NCBI GenBank assembly: GCA_963796055.1
Contig: CAWCKH010000004.1
Span: 3,488,001 to 3,552,000 of the forward strand
Length of the DNA stretch: 64,000 bases
Source of the DNA: an uncultured delta proteobacterium
Lineage (GTDB): Bacteria; Myxococcota; Myxococcia; Myxococcales; Myxococcaceae
Direction of reading: 5' to 3'
In this document: in pieces, positions 28,255 through 37,560 of the stretch
Layout of the letters: each line of letters begins with the position of its first letter
How positions within the stretch are numbered: the first letter of the stretch is position 1
Made by a program: the position numbers and the translations under genes
Notes under the pieces: generated by a model
Told to the model about the DNA's origin: nothing
Database searches by the model: none
What the model saw: only the letters and a program-made list of their open reading frames with translations

Positions 28255-28560
28255 CGTTGTTTCGCCGGTCCGGGCGCATCTGCAAGCACCGGGTCGAGGC
28301 GGAGGACAACCGGCCCCGTGCCTGCCCCAAGCACGGGACCGACCACATCCACGTCGCCGCGGAGGTCCGGCAACTCGGGTTCCACGACCTCCGCCGGAGT
28401 CACGCCAGCCTCCTCGCGCACGCCGGCGTCAGCACCGCCATCGCCCAGAAGCTGATGCGGCACTCGGATCCGAAGCTGACCGAGCGGGTCTACACCGTGG
28501 TGGACGTGGAGACGCTCCGGCGGGAGGTCGGCCGGATGTCGTTCGCTCGGGCCGTGTCCC
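28255..28560 (+). pseudogene. truncated tyrosine integrase (C-terminal catalytic remnant)
   Basis: CKH..CPKH (zinc-ribbon-like insert) followed by FHDLRRSHASLL..AQKLMRHSDPKLTERVYT (H-x-x-R, H, Y); N-terminal domains and the first catalytic Arg are absent; boundaries approximate. Confidence 0.8.
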
Positions 28561-28660
28561 CACGTGTGTCCCCGGAGCGGGGACAAACCGCACGGAAGGC
28601 GCTCCCTTCGGGATCGGAGGAGCTGCTCGCTGCCCGTGACTGCAAGGACTTGCCTGCGAG

Positions 28661-28734
28661 TGACCCCGACAGGGATCGAACCTGTGACCTAGCGTTTAGG
28701 AAACGCTCGCTCTATCCAACTGAGCTACGGGGCC
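28661..28734 (-). tRNA. tRNA-Arg(CCT)
   Basis: GGCCCCGTAGCTCAGTTGGATAGAGCGAGCGTTTCCTAAACGCTAGGTCACAGGTTCGATCCCTGTCGGGGTCA; anticodon stem AGCGT/ACGCT, loop TTCCTAA; CCA not encoded. Confidence 0.96.
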
Positions 28735-28756
28735 GGTGCGCTCCTCTACCCGGAGT

Positions 28757-30061
28757 TCACGGAGGAGGGAAGTGCGTCCACCCACGGCCCCACCGGCCAG
28801 ACCTGCTCCGGCCAGCCTCCGTCTCGAAGGGCGCGTCCGCGGCCTCGAGCGTCATCCCCCGGGCCCGGAGCCGCTCCACCAGCACCTGACCCAGTCCGCT
28901 GGCCGGCGTGAGGACCCCTCCCCGCGTCGGCCCGCCGGGCAGCCGCGCCCCGTCGACCGCCAGCGCCAGCGCCGCCTCGCAGAGGCACTTCACGGTGACG
29001 GTGTTCCCCGGGTCTCCCTGGTCCTTCACCAGGCCGAACGCGCGACGCCCGTCCTCGCCGGTGGCCAGCAGGTCCACCCGGAACCATCCGTTCCGGCGCA
29101 CCTCCTCCGAGGGCCCGGTGCCGGGCGGGGGCAGCATCCGCTTGAGCAGCGGCCGTAGCGGTGAGGCGAGCGCCAGCTGCGCGCCGGCGATCCCGACCGC
29201 GAGCATCGTGGCCCGGGTCCGACTCCTCACTGCCATGAACTCGCGGTAGGTGAAGTGGGCTCCGTAGGGCGTGCCCGCCTCCGCGGCGAGCATCGCGCTC
29301 CGGCGGACCACCCGCGTGTTCACCACCGCCATCACGAACGGCGCGAGCCAGCGCCGCAGCTCCGGGTCCCAGCGCACGCCCTTCGGGTCACGGGCGCGGA
29401 GGAACTCCTCGCGGCTCAGCCGCGGCCGCCCGGGCCCGTCGAGGAGGAACGGGTGCCCGGACCGGCGCGCCTGTCCGGTGTCGAAGAGCTGCACCGCCGT
29501 CGCCGCGGTCCCTCCGTTCAGCGCCGCGCGGACCCGGAACGCCGCCACCACCCCCGCGCAGCCCGTCCCCCGGCTCCGGAGATGCTCCACCACCACCAGC
29601 GCGCCGAGGTCGCTCGGCACCGAGTCAAAACCAGAAAAGGGGATGATGCGGGTGCCGTCCGCCGCCGCCTGCACGTGGTGCCGCGCGATGACGTCTGCCA
29701 CCCAGGGCGTCTCGCCAGTGATGTCCACGTAGTGCGCCCGGTGCCGCACGCAGGCGTCCACCACCGCGTTCCCGTAAGCGGCGAACGGGCCCGCGGTGGA
29801 GAGCACCACCCGCGCCCGTGACACCGCCGCGTCCACCGTCTCCGGCCGCGTGCTGTCCGCCTCGAGGAGCTCCGCCGGCCGCCCCGGTCCGTCCGCCGCG
29901 TCCCGCGCCGCCTCGAGCTTGCCGCGGTGGCGCCCCGCCAGCGCCCAGCGCAGTCCCGGCGGAGCGTGCCGCGAGAACTCGGCCACCGTCAGCCGGCCGG
30001 TGAAGCCGCCGGCGCCGTAGAGCAGGACGTCGATCGGACGTGTGGTCATCGGGCGCGTCAT
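28757..30061 (-). CDS. saccharopine dehydrogenase-like NADP-binding oxidoreductase
   Basis: LYGAGGFTG, ALAGR, STAGPF, HYVDITGE, GFDSVPSDLG, GGVLTPA. Confidence 0.9.
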   Translation of the reverse strand: MTRPMTTRPIDVLLYGAGGFTGRLTVAEFSRHAPPGLRWALAGRHRGKLEAARDAADGPGRPAELLEADSTRPETVDAAVSRARVVLSTAGPFAAYGNAVVDACVRHRAHYVDITGETPWVADVIARHHVQAAADGTRIIPFSGFDSVPSDLGALVVVEHLRSRGTGCAGVVAAFRVRAALNGGTAATAVQLFDTGQARRSGHPFLLDGPGRPRLSREEFLRARDPKGVRWDPELRRWLAPFVMAVVNTRVVRRSAMLAAEAGTPYGAHFTYREFMAVRSRTRATMLAVGIAGAQLALASPLRPLLKRMLPPPGTGPSEEVRRNGWFRVDLLATGEDGRRAFGLVKDQGDPGNTVTVKCLCEAALALAVDGARLPGGPTRGGVLTPASGLGQVLVERLRARGMTLEAADAPFETEAGRSRSGRWGRGWTHFPPP

Positions 30062-30230
30062 GTCACACCCGAAGTGCTGCGTCGCACGCATCGGGTGTCT
30101 CCGTCATGCAACACGGATGACACACATTGTCGGATGCAAGTGCCTGATTTGACCCTGAGCCAATCGATGGTTCAATGCGTGCAACGTCAGAGGCACGTGG
30201 CCGTCACTCAAAGGTCACAAAGGAGCCGCC

Positions 30231-30557
30231 GTGAACCTGCTCTCCGCGATCCTGTCGAATGCCTCGGACGCCCGGCGCGGGGGAGTCGCGCTCTCCTCGG
30301 CGCTGCTCGCCGGGCCCGTCCTGGTCATCGCGCAGCCCGGCACTGGCGCCATCCTCCTCGCGGTCTCGGTCGTTGCCGTGGCCGCGGTGCTCGAGGGGCG
30401 GGCGCGTGGCGCAGCTCGACGCCGTGAGGGCACGCGCCTCGGGCTCACCGTCGTGTCGATGCCTTCGCGTCGCCCTCCACCGCAAGGCGGCCCGCGGGCG
30501 AGGTGGGAAGTGGTCGAGCGCGACGGACAGCGCTCGCTGTCGATGCGCTGGCGCTGA
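30231..30557 (+). CDS. small hypothetical membrane protein
   Basis: AAGGAG RBS before GTG; two hydrophobic segments. Confidence 0.55.
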   Translation: MNLLSAILSNASDARRGGVALSSALLAGPVLVIAQPGTGAILLAVSVVAVAAVLEGRARGAARRREGTRLGLTVVSMPSRRPPPQGGPRARWEVVERDGQRSLSMRWR

Positions 30558-30786
30558 CGCCGGCCGGGCCTCTCCGGGTCATTTCCCGGCGCGGGTGTCG
30601 CCTTCGACGCGCGCCTGCGCCCGCCGCCGCCAGCGCCAGCGCCAGCGCGGCCAGCACCACTGCAGTGGACCATGTTCGCCTCGGCACGGGGCCCGCGTCC
30701 GGCCGGCGACCTTTTCGGCCGGTCGCGGCGTGCGCCGGGTCGCGGAAAGGCGTAAGTCCGCGGTGGACGGACAGGAGGACTCCGCC

Positions 30787-31207
30787 ATGGCCAGCATCAG
30801 CAGTTACGTGGTCCGGGACGTGCTCGGGCTGAACGCAGACGCCACCTGCCGCGAGGCTGCGGAGCTGATGTCGCGGAGACACATCGGCGCGGTCGCGGTG
30901 AAGCAGGGTGGCCGCATCGTCGGCCTCATCACCGAGCGGGATCTCGGTGACCCGCATCCTCTCGCGGGGCCTCGACTGCCAGACGCCCATCCTCGAGGCG
31001 ATGCGGCGCGACGTCCCGGTCGTGGGCCCGGACCTGAACGAGGTCGAGTGCGCCACCCTCATGAAGGAGCACGAGACCCGTCACCTCCTGGTCGGCGAGG
31101 ACGGCGCGGCGAGCGGGCTCATCTCCATGCGCGACGTGATGCAGATGATGCTCTCGGACAAGCAGTACCTGATCGAGCAGATGCAGTCGTACATCCAGGG
31201 GTACTGA
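30787..31207 (+). CDS. CBS-pair protein interrupted by a +1 frameshift
   Basis: MASISSYV..EAAELMSRRHIGAVAV..VGLITERDL; removing one G at 30946/30947 continues VTRIL..GLISMRDV..YIQGY (139 aa); RBS GGAGG. Confidence 0.85.
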
Positions 31208-31534
31208 GCGGGTGCCTGGCGCGAAGCCGGGGTGGCAATTCCTGCGCGGGGCTTGACGCAGCGTGGGGGCCATGCGACGCGTCACGAGGCGCCAAGGCTT
31301 CGAAAATTCGGCATCGACCGTCCTCACTCGGACGGTCCAGTGATGGATCCATGGCACCCTGTTGCGGCATGTGCTTCGCATGCCAAACTCATGTCGGGGA
31401 CTGTGCGGTTGGCCGGGGTTGCGGGCCGGGCATAACATCCGCCAGTACCCCGGGTTGAGGCCCACGGTGGGCCCGAAAGGACGGGGAGGACGACGGTGGC
31501 TGCAGAGGCAGCTCAGAGGCCGGAGGCCGGACGG

Positions 31535-31741
31535 ATGCTCCATCCGACGGGATTCGTACTGAAGACCTTGCAGGTCCTCGGTTCCGGCGGTGTGGCCGGC
31601 GTGCTCGGCGGCGTCGCTTCACAGACGGTGTGGGTCGGCGTGTGCTTCGGCATCGCCGGCGCCCTGGCGGCCCTCACGTTCATGGACTGTCGCTGTGCCT
31701 GCGTGAAGCCCGGCTCGGACCTCGACGAAGACCAGCCCTAG
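31535..31741 (+). CDS. small membrane protein with a Cys-rich tail
   Basis: GGAGG RBS; Gly/Val-rich hydrophobic segments followed by DCRCAC. Confidence 0.5.
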   Translation: MLHPTGFVLKTLQVLGSGGVAGVLGGVASQTVWVGVCFGIAGALAALTFMDCRCACVKPGSDLDEDQP

Positions 31742-31915
31742 CTCGAGGCGGGTCGCGGTGGCGCATTTCCGCCCTGCAAGCCGGCGCAGGGCGGGATACT
31801 GGAGAGGTCGACTCCAGTCCACCGCCGTTGCATTTCTCTCCCTCCTGACACGTCGGACTGGACGATCGGGGCCATCGCTCCGAATTTCACCGCTTTCCGG
31901 AGACCGACCACCACC

Positions 31916-32509
31916 GTGCGCGCCCTCGTCCTTTCCCTGCTGCTTGCCGCCACCGCCCAGGCCGAGACCGCCACCGGGGCGCTCAAGGCCCGCGACGCGG
32001 AGATCCGCGCGGCTCTGCCCAAGCAGGGGACCGAGCCCTCTCCGGAGCAGCGCAAGAAGCTGGAGAACATCGTCACCAGGGCGGTGGACCTCGAGGGGAT
32101 GGCGAAGTCGGCGCTGGGCAAGACCTGGACCGAGACCCCGCCGGCGAAGCGCAAGAAGTTCCTCGACGCCTTCAAGGGGCGCTTCCGCAAGGCGACCAGC
32201 GAGCAGCTCGATCAGTACCGATCCACCGAGGTGAAGTACCTCCCGGAGAAGAAGGAGGACGAGGACACCATCGTCCCCACCGAGGTGACGGTGAAGGGCG
32301 AGCCCACGCACATCGAATACCGGATGCGTCAGGAGGGCGGGGACTGGCGCATCGTGGACATCGTGGTGGACGACGTCTCCACCGTGGAGAACTACCGCTC
32401 GAGCTTCAACCGGATCATCAAGAAGGAAGGGATGGACGGGCTCATCGCTCGCCTCAACGGCACGGGCAAGGTGGTGGACTCGGGCGGGAGCAAGGGCAGC
32501 TCTCGCTGA
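31916..32509 (+). CDS. mlaC: MlaC/Ttg2D family phospholipid-binding protein
   Basis: Signal peptide; VDLEGMAKSALGKTW, WRIVDIVVDDVS.VENYRSSF. Confidence 0.85.
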   Translation: MRALVLSLLLAATAQAETATGALKARDAEIRAALPKQGTEPSPEQRKKLENIVTRAVDLEGMAKSALGKTWTETPPAKRKKFLDAFKGRFRKATSEQLDQYRSTEVKYLPEKKEDEDTIVPTEVTVKGEPTHIEYRMRQEGGDWRIVDIVVDDVSTVENYRSSFNRIIKKEGMDGLIARLNGTGKVVDSGGSKGSSR

Positions 32510-32562
32510 CCCCTCAACAGTCCCCGGCGGCCCCCTGTCGGTCGTGGCAGGCTGGCGCGGCC

Positions 32563-33798
32563 ATGCAGCCCCTCCCGGACACTCTGGCGCAGGCAGTCAT
32601 CCCCGCAGGGGTGCGGTCGCTGCTCGAGCGCCTGCAGACGGTGGGGCACGAGGCCTGGCTGGTCGGAGGCGGGGTGCGAGACCTCTTGCTCGGGCAGCCT
32701 CCCAAGGACTGGGACATCGCCACCCAGGCGCTCCCCCAGGAGGTGACGAAGCTCTTCCGGCGGGTGGTGCCCACCGGAATCGCGCACGGGACGGTGACGG
32801 TGCTCGTGCCCGAGGGCCACGTGGAGGTCACGACCTTCCGGGTGGAGAGCGCCTACGTCGACGGCCGGCGGCCCGGGGCGGTGGAGTTCCGGCGGGACCT
32901 GGTGGAGGACCTGGCTCGGCGAGACTTCACCATCAACGCGCTGGCGTTCGATCCGGTGGGCCGCCGCTTCCGGGATCCGTTCGGAGGACAGGAGGACCTC
33001 GCCCGCCGGCGGGTTCGCTGCGTGGGCGTGCCTGCCGAGCGCTTCGGCGAGGACGGGCTGCGGCCGCTGCGGGCGGTGCGGTTCGCCACGGTGCTGGAGT
33101 TCGAGCTCGAGCCCGAGACGGAGGCGGCCATTCCCGGCGCGCTCGCGGTGTTCGACAAGGTCGCCCTGGAGCGGAGGCGGGACGAGTTCCTGAAGCTGCT
33201 GCTTGCGCCCGGGGTGGTGCGGGGACTCGAGCTTCTGCGAAGGACGGGGCTGATGGACCGGCTCCTGCACGAGCTGGATGAGGCGGGTGACCCCGAGCGG
33301 AACGTGCGCGTGAACCGGGCGCCGTCGATGCTGGAGGTGCGGCTGGCAGCGCTGCTCGTCGGGGTTGCGCAGCCGGAGACAGCGTTGGACCGGCTCCGGC
33401 TCCCCGCGAAGGTGGTGGAGACGGTCCGGGCGCTCCTCGCGCATCCGCTCCCACCCGAGGCCTCGACCTGGAGCGACGGTGAGCTCCGGGGCTGGCTCGT
33501 GCGCCTCGGCCCGGAGCGCTGGGAGCTGGCCTGCGCGCTCGCCCGGGCGACCGGCGCCGATGCGGGCGGGATGCTCGGCGAGCGGCTGGGGCGGATCGTC
33601 GCCGCCCGGCCGCCCCTCTCGCCGAAGGACCTCGCGCTGGATGGGGCGACGATCATGAAGGTGCTCGGGGTGGGCCCCTCGCCCGCGGTGGGTGAGGCGA
33701 CCCGGTTCCTGCTGGACGCGGTCCTCGAGCGACCGGAGCTCAACACCGCAGACGAGCTGGAGAAGCTGCTCCGGACGCGCCACCTCGCAGGCCCCTAG
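32563..33798 (+). CDS. class II tRNA nucleotidyltransferase (CCA/poly(A) polymerase family)
   Basis: VGGGVRDLLLG..DWDIAT, EDLARRDFTINA, EDGLRPLRAVRF. Confidence 0.9.
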   Translation: MQPLPDTLAQAVIPAGVRSLLERLQTVGHEAWLVGGGVRDLLLGQPPKDWDIATQALPQEVTKLFRRVVPTGIAHGTVTVLVPEGHVEVTTFRVESAYVDGRRPGAVEFRRDLVEDLARRDFTINALAFDPVGRRFRDPFGGQEDLARRRVRCVGVPAERFGEDGLRPLRAVRFATVLEFELEPETEAAIPGALAVFDKVALERRRDEFLKLLLAPGVVRGLELLRRTGLMDRLLHELDEAGDPERNVRVNRAPSMLEVRLAALLVGVAQPETALDRLRLPAKVVETVRALLAHPLPPEASTWSDGELRGWLVRLGPERWELACALARATGADAGGMLGERLGRIVAARPPLSPKDLALDGATIMKVLGVGPSPAVGEATRFLLDAVLERPELNTADELEKLLRTRHLAGP

Positions 33799-33857
33799 CC
33801 TCGGGTCCGGTCCGCTCCCGCGGCGCGCGACGGCGCCCTGTGCTACCAGAGGCCCCG

Positions 33858-34904
33858 ATGCGGGTGGTCGTCGCCATGAGCGGCGGGGTCGATTCGTCGG
33901 CTGCCGCCGCGCTGCTGGTCGAGCAGGGACACGAGGTCCTGGGCATCACTCTGCGCGTCTGGTCCTACGAGGGCCCCGCCCGCTGCGGGAGCTGCTGCAG
34001 CCCGGACGACATCGACGATGCCCGCGCCGTCGCCAGCAAGCTCGGCATTCCGTTCTACGTCTCCGACGCCGAGGAGCTCTTCAAGCACCGGGTGGTCCAG
34101 CCTTTCGTCCAGTCGTACCTCGATGGCAGGACACCGGTGCCGTGCGTGGCCTGCAACCGGGACGTGAAGTTCGACTTCCTGCTCGCTAGGGCGCGTGCGC
34201 TCGGAGCACGGCTCGCCACCGGGCACTACGCGCGGATCGAGCGGGCCGGGGTCACCCACCGCCTGCTCCGCGCCGCCGATCGGTCCAAGGACCAGAGCTA
34301 CTTTCTCTTCACCCTCGGCCAGGCGGCGCTCGCCCAGCTCGAGTTTCCGGTCGGTGGGCTGAGCAAGCCCGAGGTCCGCGCCATCGCCCAGCGCCACGGT
34401 CTGCCCACCAGCGAGAAGCCGGAGAGCATGGAGATCTGCTTCGTCCCGGACGGCGACTACGCCGGCTTCGTCGAGCGGGTCGCCGGTCCACAGCCGGTGG
34501 GCACGGTGCTGGACGGCCGGGGCCAGGTGCTGGCGCGACATGGCGGGATCCACCGCTTCACCGTGGGCCAGCGCCGGGGCCTGGGCGTGACCTCGGCCGA
34601 GCCGCTCTACGTCCAGCGCATCGACGCCGGCGCAGGGGCGGTGGTGGTCGGGCCGGCGAGCGGGCTGGAGCGTTCGGAGTTCACCGTGCTGCAACCCTCG
34701 TGGGTCCAGAGCACGCCCTCTCCCGAAGAGCCCGTTCAGGTTCGCATCCGTCACCGCCACGCCGGAACCCCGGCCCGCGTCGTCGCCACCGAGCGCGAGC
34801 GGCTCACCGTGCGCACCGAGGAGCCTGTGCGGGCCGTCACTCCCGGACAGGCTGCGGTGTTCTACCGGGGCGACGAGGTGCTCGGGGGCGGGTGGATCGG
34901 CTAG
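33858..34904 (+). CDS. mnmA: tRNA 2-thiouridylase
   Basis: AMSGGVDSS, CN..VKF, ATGHYAR, KDQSYFL, PGQAAVFY. Confidence 0.96.
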   Translation: MRVVVAMSGGVDSSAAAALLVEQGHEVLGITLRVWSYEGPARCGSCCSPDDIDDARAVASKLGIPFYVSDAEELFKHRVVQPFVQSYLDGRTPVPCVACNRDVKFDFLLARARALGARLATGHYARIERAGVTHRLLRAADRSKDQSYFLFTLGQAALAQLEFPVGGLSKPEVRAIAQRHGLPTSEKPESMEICFVPDGDYAGFVERVAGPQPVGTVLDGRGQVLARHGGIHRFTVGQRRGLGVTSAEPLYVQRIDAGAGAVVVGPASGLERSEFTVLQPSWVQSTPSPEEPVQVRIRHRHAGTPARVVATERERLTVRTEEPVRAVTPGQAAVFYRGDEVLGGGWIG

Positions 34905-34917
34905 AAGCGATCGCAGA

Positions 34918-35847
34918 ATGGACCGCCGCGCCGCCTGGATCCTCGGCCTCGTCTTCGGAGGCCTCTTCCTCTGTCTCTTCGCCTTCATGGCCCTGGCCTG
35001 GATCGCCATCCAGGGCGGGAGGGGCGGGAACGTCATGGCCCGCGCCGGGGGCGACCGGGTGGGCGTGGTCGAGGTCACCGGGGTCATCGCCGACGACAAG
35101 ACGACGCTCAAGGAGCTGCGTGAGTTCGCCGAGGATCCGCGCATCCGCGCGGTGGTGGTCCGGATCGACAGCCCGGGCGGCTCGGTGGGCCCCTCGCAGG
35201 AGATCTTCGAGGCGATGAAGCGCCTGCGGGCGAAGAAGCACGTCCTCGCCAGCATGGGCTCCATCGCCGCCTCGGGCGGCTTCTACGTCGCCATGGGCGG
35301 GGAGAAGATCTTCGCCAACCCGGGCACCCTCACCGGGAGCATCGGGGTCATCTCCGAGTTCCCCAACGTCACCGGCCTCCTGAAGTGGGCCGGCGTCGAG
35401 ATGCGAACCATCACCGCCGGCAAGCTCAAGGACGCCGGCAGCCCCTTCCGCGAGATGAGCCCCGAGGAACGCTCTTACTTCCAGGCCATGCTGGAGGACG
35501 TGCACACCCAGTTCATCGGCGCGGTGGCCGACTCGCGGAAACTCTCCGAGGAGGAGGTGCGGAAGGTCGCCGACGGTCGGGTCTTCACCGGGCGGAAGGC
35601 GAAGGAGCTGAAGCTGGTGGACGAGCTCGGGGGGCTCCAGGACGCGGTGCGCGAGGCGGGAAAGCTGGCGGGCATCAAAGGCGAGCCACGCATCGAGTAC
35701 CCCAGCAAGGACCGGCCGCTGTTCCGCGCGCTGTTCGGCGAAGAGGCGCAGTCGCTGGTGCACGCGCTCTCGGTGCGGGTGGGCGAGGTGCTGTCGGCGC
35801 CCGGGCCGAGGCTCCTCATGGCGCCGCCGGGGTCGGGGGAGCCCTGA
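34918..35847 (+). CDS. sppA: signal peptide peptidase (short form)
   Basis: RIDSPGGS, AASGGFY, TGSIGV, DGRVFTG. Confidence 0.93.
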   Translation: MDRRAAWILGLVFGGLFLCLFAFMALAWIAIQGGRGGNVMARAGGDRVGVVEVTGVIADDKTTLKELREFAEDPRIRAVVVRIDSPGGSVGPSQEIFEAMKRLRAKKHVLASMGSIAASGGFYVAMGGEKIFANPGTLTGSIGVISEFPNVTGLLKWAGVEMRTITAGKLKDAGSPFREMSPEERSYFQAMLEDVHTQFIGAVADSRKLSEEEVRKVADGRVFTGRKAKELKLVDELGGLQDAVREAGKLAGIKGEPRIEYPSKDRPLFRALFGEEAQSLVHALSVRVGEVLSAPGPRLLMAPPGSGEP

Positions 35848-36350
35848 TGGACCACCTCTGGGCCCCCTGGCGGCGCGAGTTCATCGACGCGCCCCGGGAG
35901 GAAGGCTGCATCTTCTGCCGCTACCCCGAGGAGACCGGGCGCGAGGCGGACCGGAAGCATCTCATCCTCGGCCGGACGGCGCGCAGCTTCGCCATCCTCA
36001 ACAAGTACCCCTACAACAACGGGCACCTCATGGTGGTGCCGCGGCGCCACACGGGCGACTACGCCGCGCTGGACCGCGAGGAGCTGGAGGATCTGCAGCA
36101 CCTGCTCCAGCAGGCGGTGAAGATCGTCGGCGAAGTGTACCGGCCGGGCGGGATGAACCTGGGGATGAACGTCGGCCACGATGCGGGAGCCGGGTTCGAG
36201 GGGCACCTGCACTGGCACCTCGTTCCGCGCTGGCGCGGGGACACCAACTTCATGCCGGTGGTGGGTGCGACCAAGGTGATGATCGAGACGCTCGACCAGA
36301 CCTGGGACGCGCTCCAGCCGCGCTTCGAGGCGGCGCTCTCCGGCCGCTGA
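35847..36350 (+). CDS. HIT family hydrolase
   Basis: LWAPWR, CIFC, LNKYPYNNGHLMVVP, HLHWHLVPRW.GD.NFM. Confidence 0.92.
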   Translation: MDHLWAPWRREFIDAPREEGCIFCRYPEETGREADRKHLILGRTARSFAILNKYPYNNGHLMVVPRRHTGDYAALDREELEDLQHLLQQAVKIVGEVYRPGGMNLGMNVGHDAGAGFEGHLHWHLVPRWRGDTNFMPVVGATKVMIETLDQTWDALQPRFEAALSGR

Positions 36351-36362
36351 AGGGCCCCTGCG

Positions 36363-37544
36363 ATGGACGGTGCTGGTCTGCTGGTCCCCGTGCTCGCCGC
36401 GACCGCGGTGATGGCGGTGCTCGGGCTGCTCGCCGCGCTCTCCCGGAAGCGGAGCACCGAGGATGCCAGCCGGGCGTACCTGGCCGGGGTGCGCTACGTG
36501 CTCTCGGACGAGCCGGACGCGGCCATCGCCGAGCTGTCGCGGGCAGCGCAGCTGAACACCGGCACCACCGAGACCTACTTCGCGCTGGCCGCGCTGATGC
36601 GGCGCAAGGGCGAGCTGGCCTGGGCCATCCGGCTGGGACAGAACATGCTGCTCAAGCCCCAGCTCCAGCCCGAGGTGCGGCGGCGGGCCCGGCTGGAGCT
36701 GGCGCTCGACTATCGCCGCGCCGGGATGCAGGACCGGGCCCGCGAGACCTTCGAGGCGCTGGTCGCCGACCCGCCGCTCCCGGCCGAGGCGCTGATCGCC
36801 TTCCGCCGGCTGCTCGAGGAGAGCCGGGAGTGGGCCCGGGCGGTGGAGATACAGGAGCTGCTGGTCAACGAGGAGGGCGGGGGCGAGGACGTCCTGGCGC
36901 ACCTCCTCGCCGAGCAGTCGCTGGCCACCGCCGTCTCCGACGCCAGCTCGGCGCGCGCGCTGGCCGAGCGTGCCGCCGCGCTGGTCCCGGACGGGGCGCA
37001 CGGGCTGCTCGCCGTCGGCCGGGCGCGGCTCGCCTCCGCTGACCCGGCTGCGGCATGTGCCGCAGCCGAGCAGGCGGTGGCCAGCGAGCCGGAGACGGCC
37101 GCCCAGGGCTACGCACTGGCCCTGGAGGCCGGCGCGACTCCCGAGGCGTGCGCAGGGTGGCTGGGTGCAATGGAGGAGCCGCTCGGCGAACGCGCGCTTC
37201 CGGTCTCGCTGACCCGCGCCGAGGCGCTGCTCCGCGCCGGCCGCGCGCAGGACGCAGCCTCGGTGCTCCAGGCCGCGGTGAACCGCACGCCGCGCTCGGT
37301 GGAGGCCCGGCGCGCGCTGGGCGAGCTCCTCCTCTCCACCGGACAGCTCGACTCGGTGCGGGACCAGTACCGCGAGGTGCTCCGGCGACTCGGTGACCCG
37401 CTGCTCGCGTTCCGATGTGGGAGCTGCCGAGCCCGCTTCCGCACCTTCGACTTCCGCTGTCCCGGGTGCGGCGCGTGGGACGCGCTGTCGCGGGAGCGCG
37501 GATCGACCACCGGGGAATTTGACCCACTCCGGAGCCGGGCGTAA
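36363..37544 (+). CDS. lapB: LapB/YciM-like TPR protein with a C-terminal rubredoxin-type motif
   Basis: N-terminal TM; YLAGVRYVLSDEPDAAI; ELALDYRRAG; CGSC...CPGCGAW. Confidence 0.75.
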   Translation: MDGAGLLVPVLAATAVMAVLGLLAALSRKRSTEDASRAYLAGVRYVLSDEPDAAIAELSRAAQLNTGTTETYFALAALMRRKGELAWAIRLGQNMLLKPQLQPEVRRRARLELALDYRRAGMQDRARETFEALVADPPLPAEALIAFRRLLEESREWARAVEIQELLVNEEGGGEDVLAHLLAEQSLATAVSDASSARALAERAAALVPDGAHGLLAVGRARLASADPAAACAAAEQAVASEPETAAQGYALALEAGATPEACAGWLGAMEEPLGERALPVSLTRAEALLRAGRAQDAASVLQAAVNRTPRSVEARRALGELLLSTGQLDSVRDQYREVLRRLGDPLLAFRCGSCRARFRTFDFRCPGCGAWDALSRERGSTTGEFDPLRSRA

Positions 37545-37560
37545 TCCTGTCCATGTCTTG

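Larger units (their letters stand above)
1..28660. mobile_element. probable decayed genomic island at the tRNA-Arg 3' end (distal boundary not seen)
   Basis: Integrase remnant next to the tRNA 3' end; accessory content to the left and housekeeping genes to the right; no att direct repeat found by eye in the window. Confidence 0.5.

Noticed and set aside
30445..30687. (GCCAGC)n tract that could encode a minus-strand single-TM peptide (VVLAALALALAAAG)
   Set aside because: No clear RBS and it overlaps the better-supported plus-strand ORF by over 100 bp; low complexity
31352..31365. TGGCACCCTGTTGC as a sigma54 promoter
   Set aside because: GG-to-GC spacing is 9 nt, not the required 10
32563..33798. 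Assigning the nucleotidyltransferase as CC-adding, A-adding or poly(A) polymerase
   Set aside because: The flexible loop appears present, arguing against CC-only activity, but specificity cannot be fixed by eye
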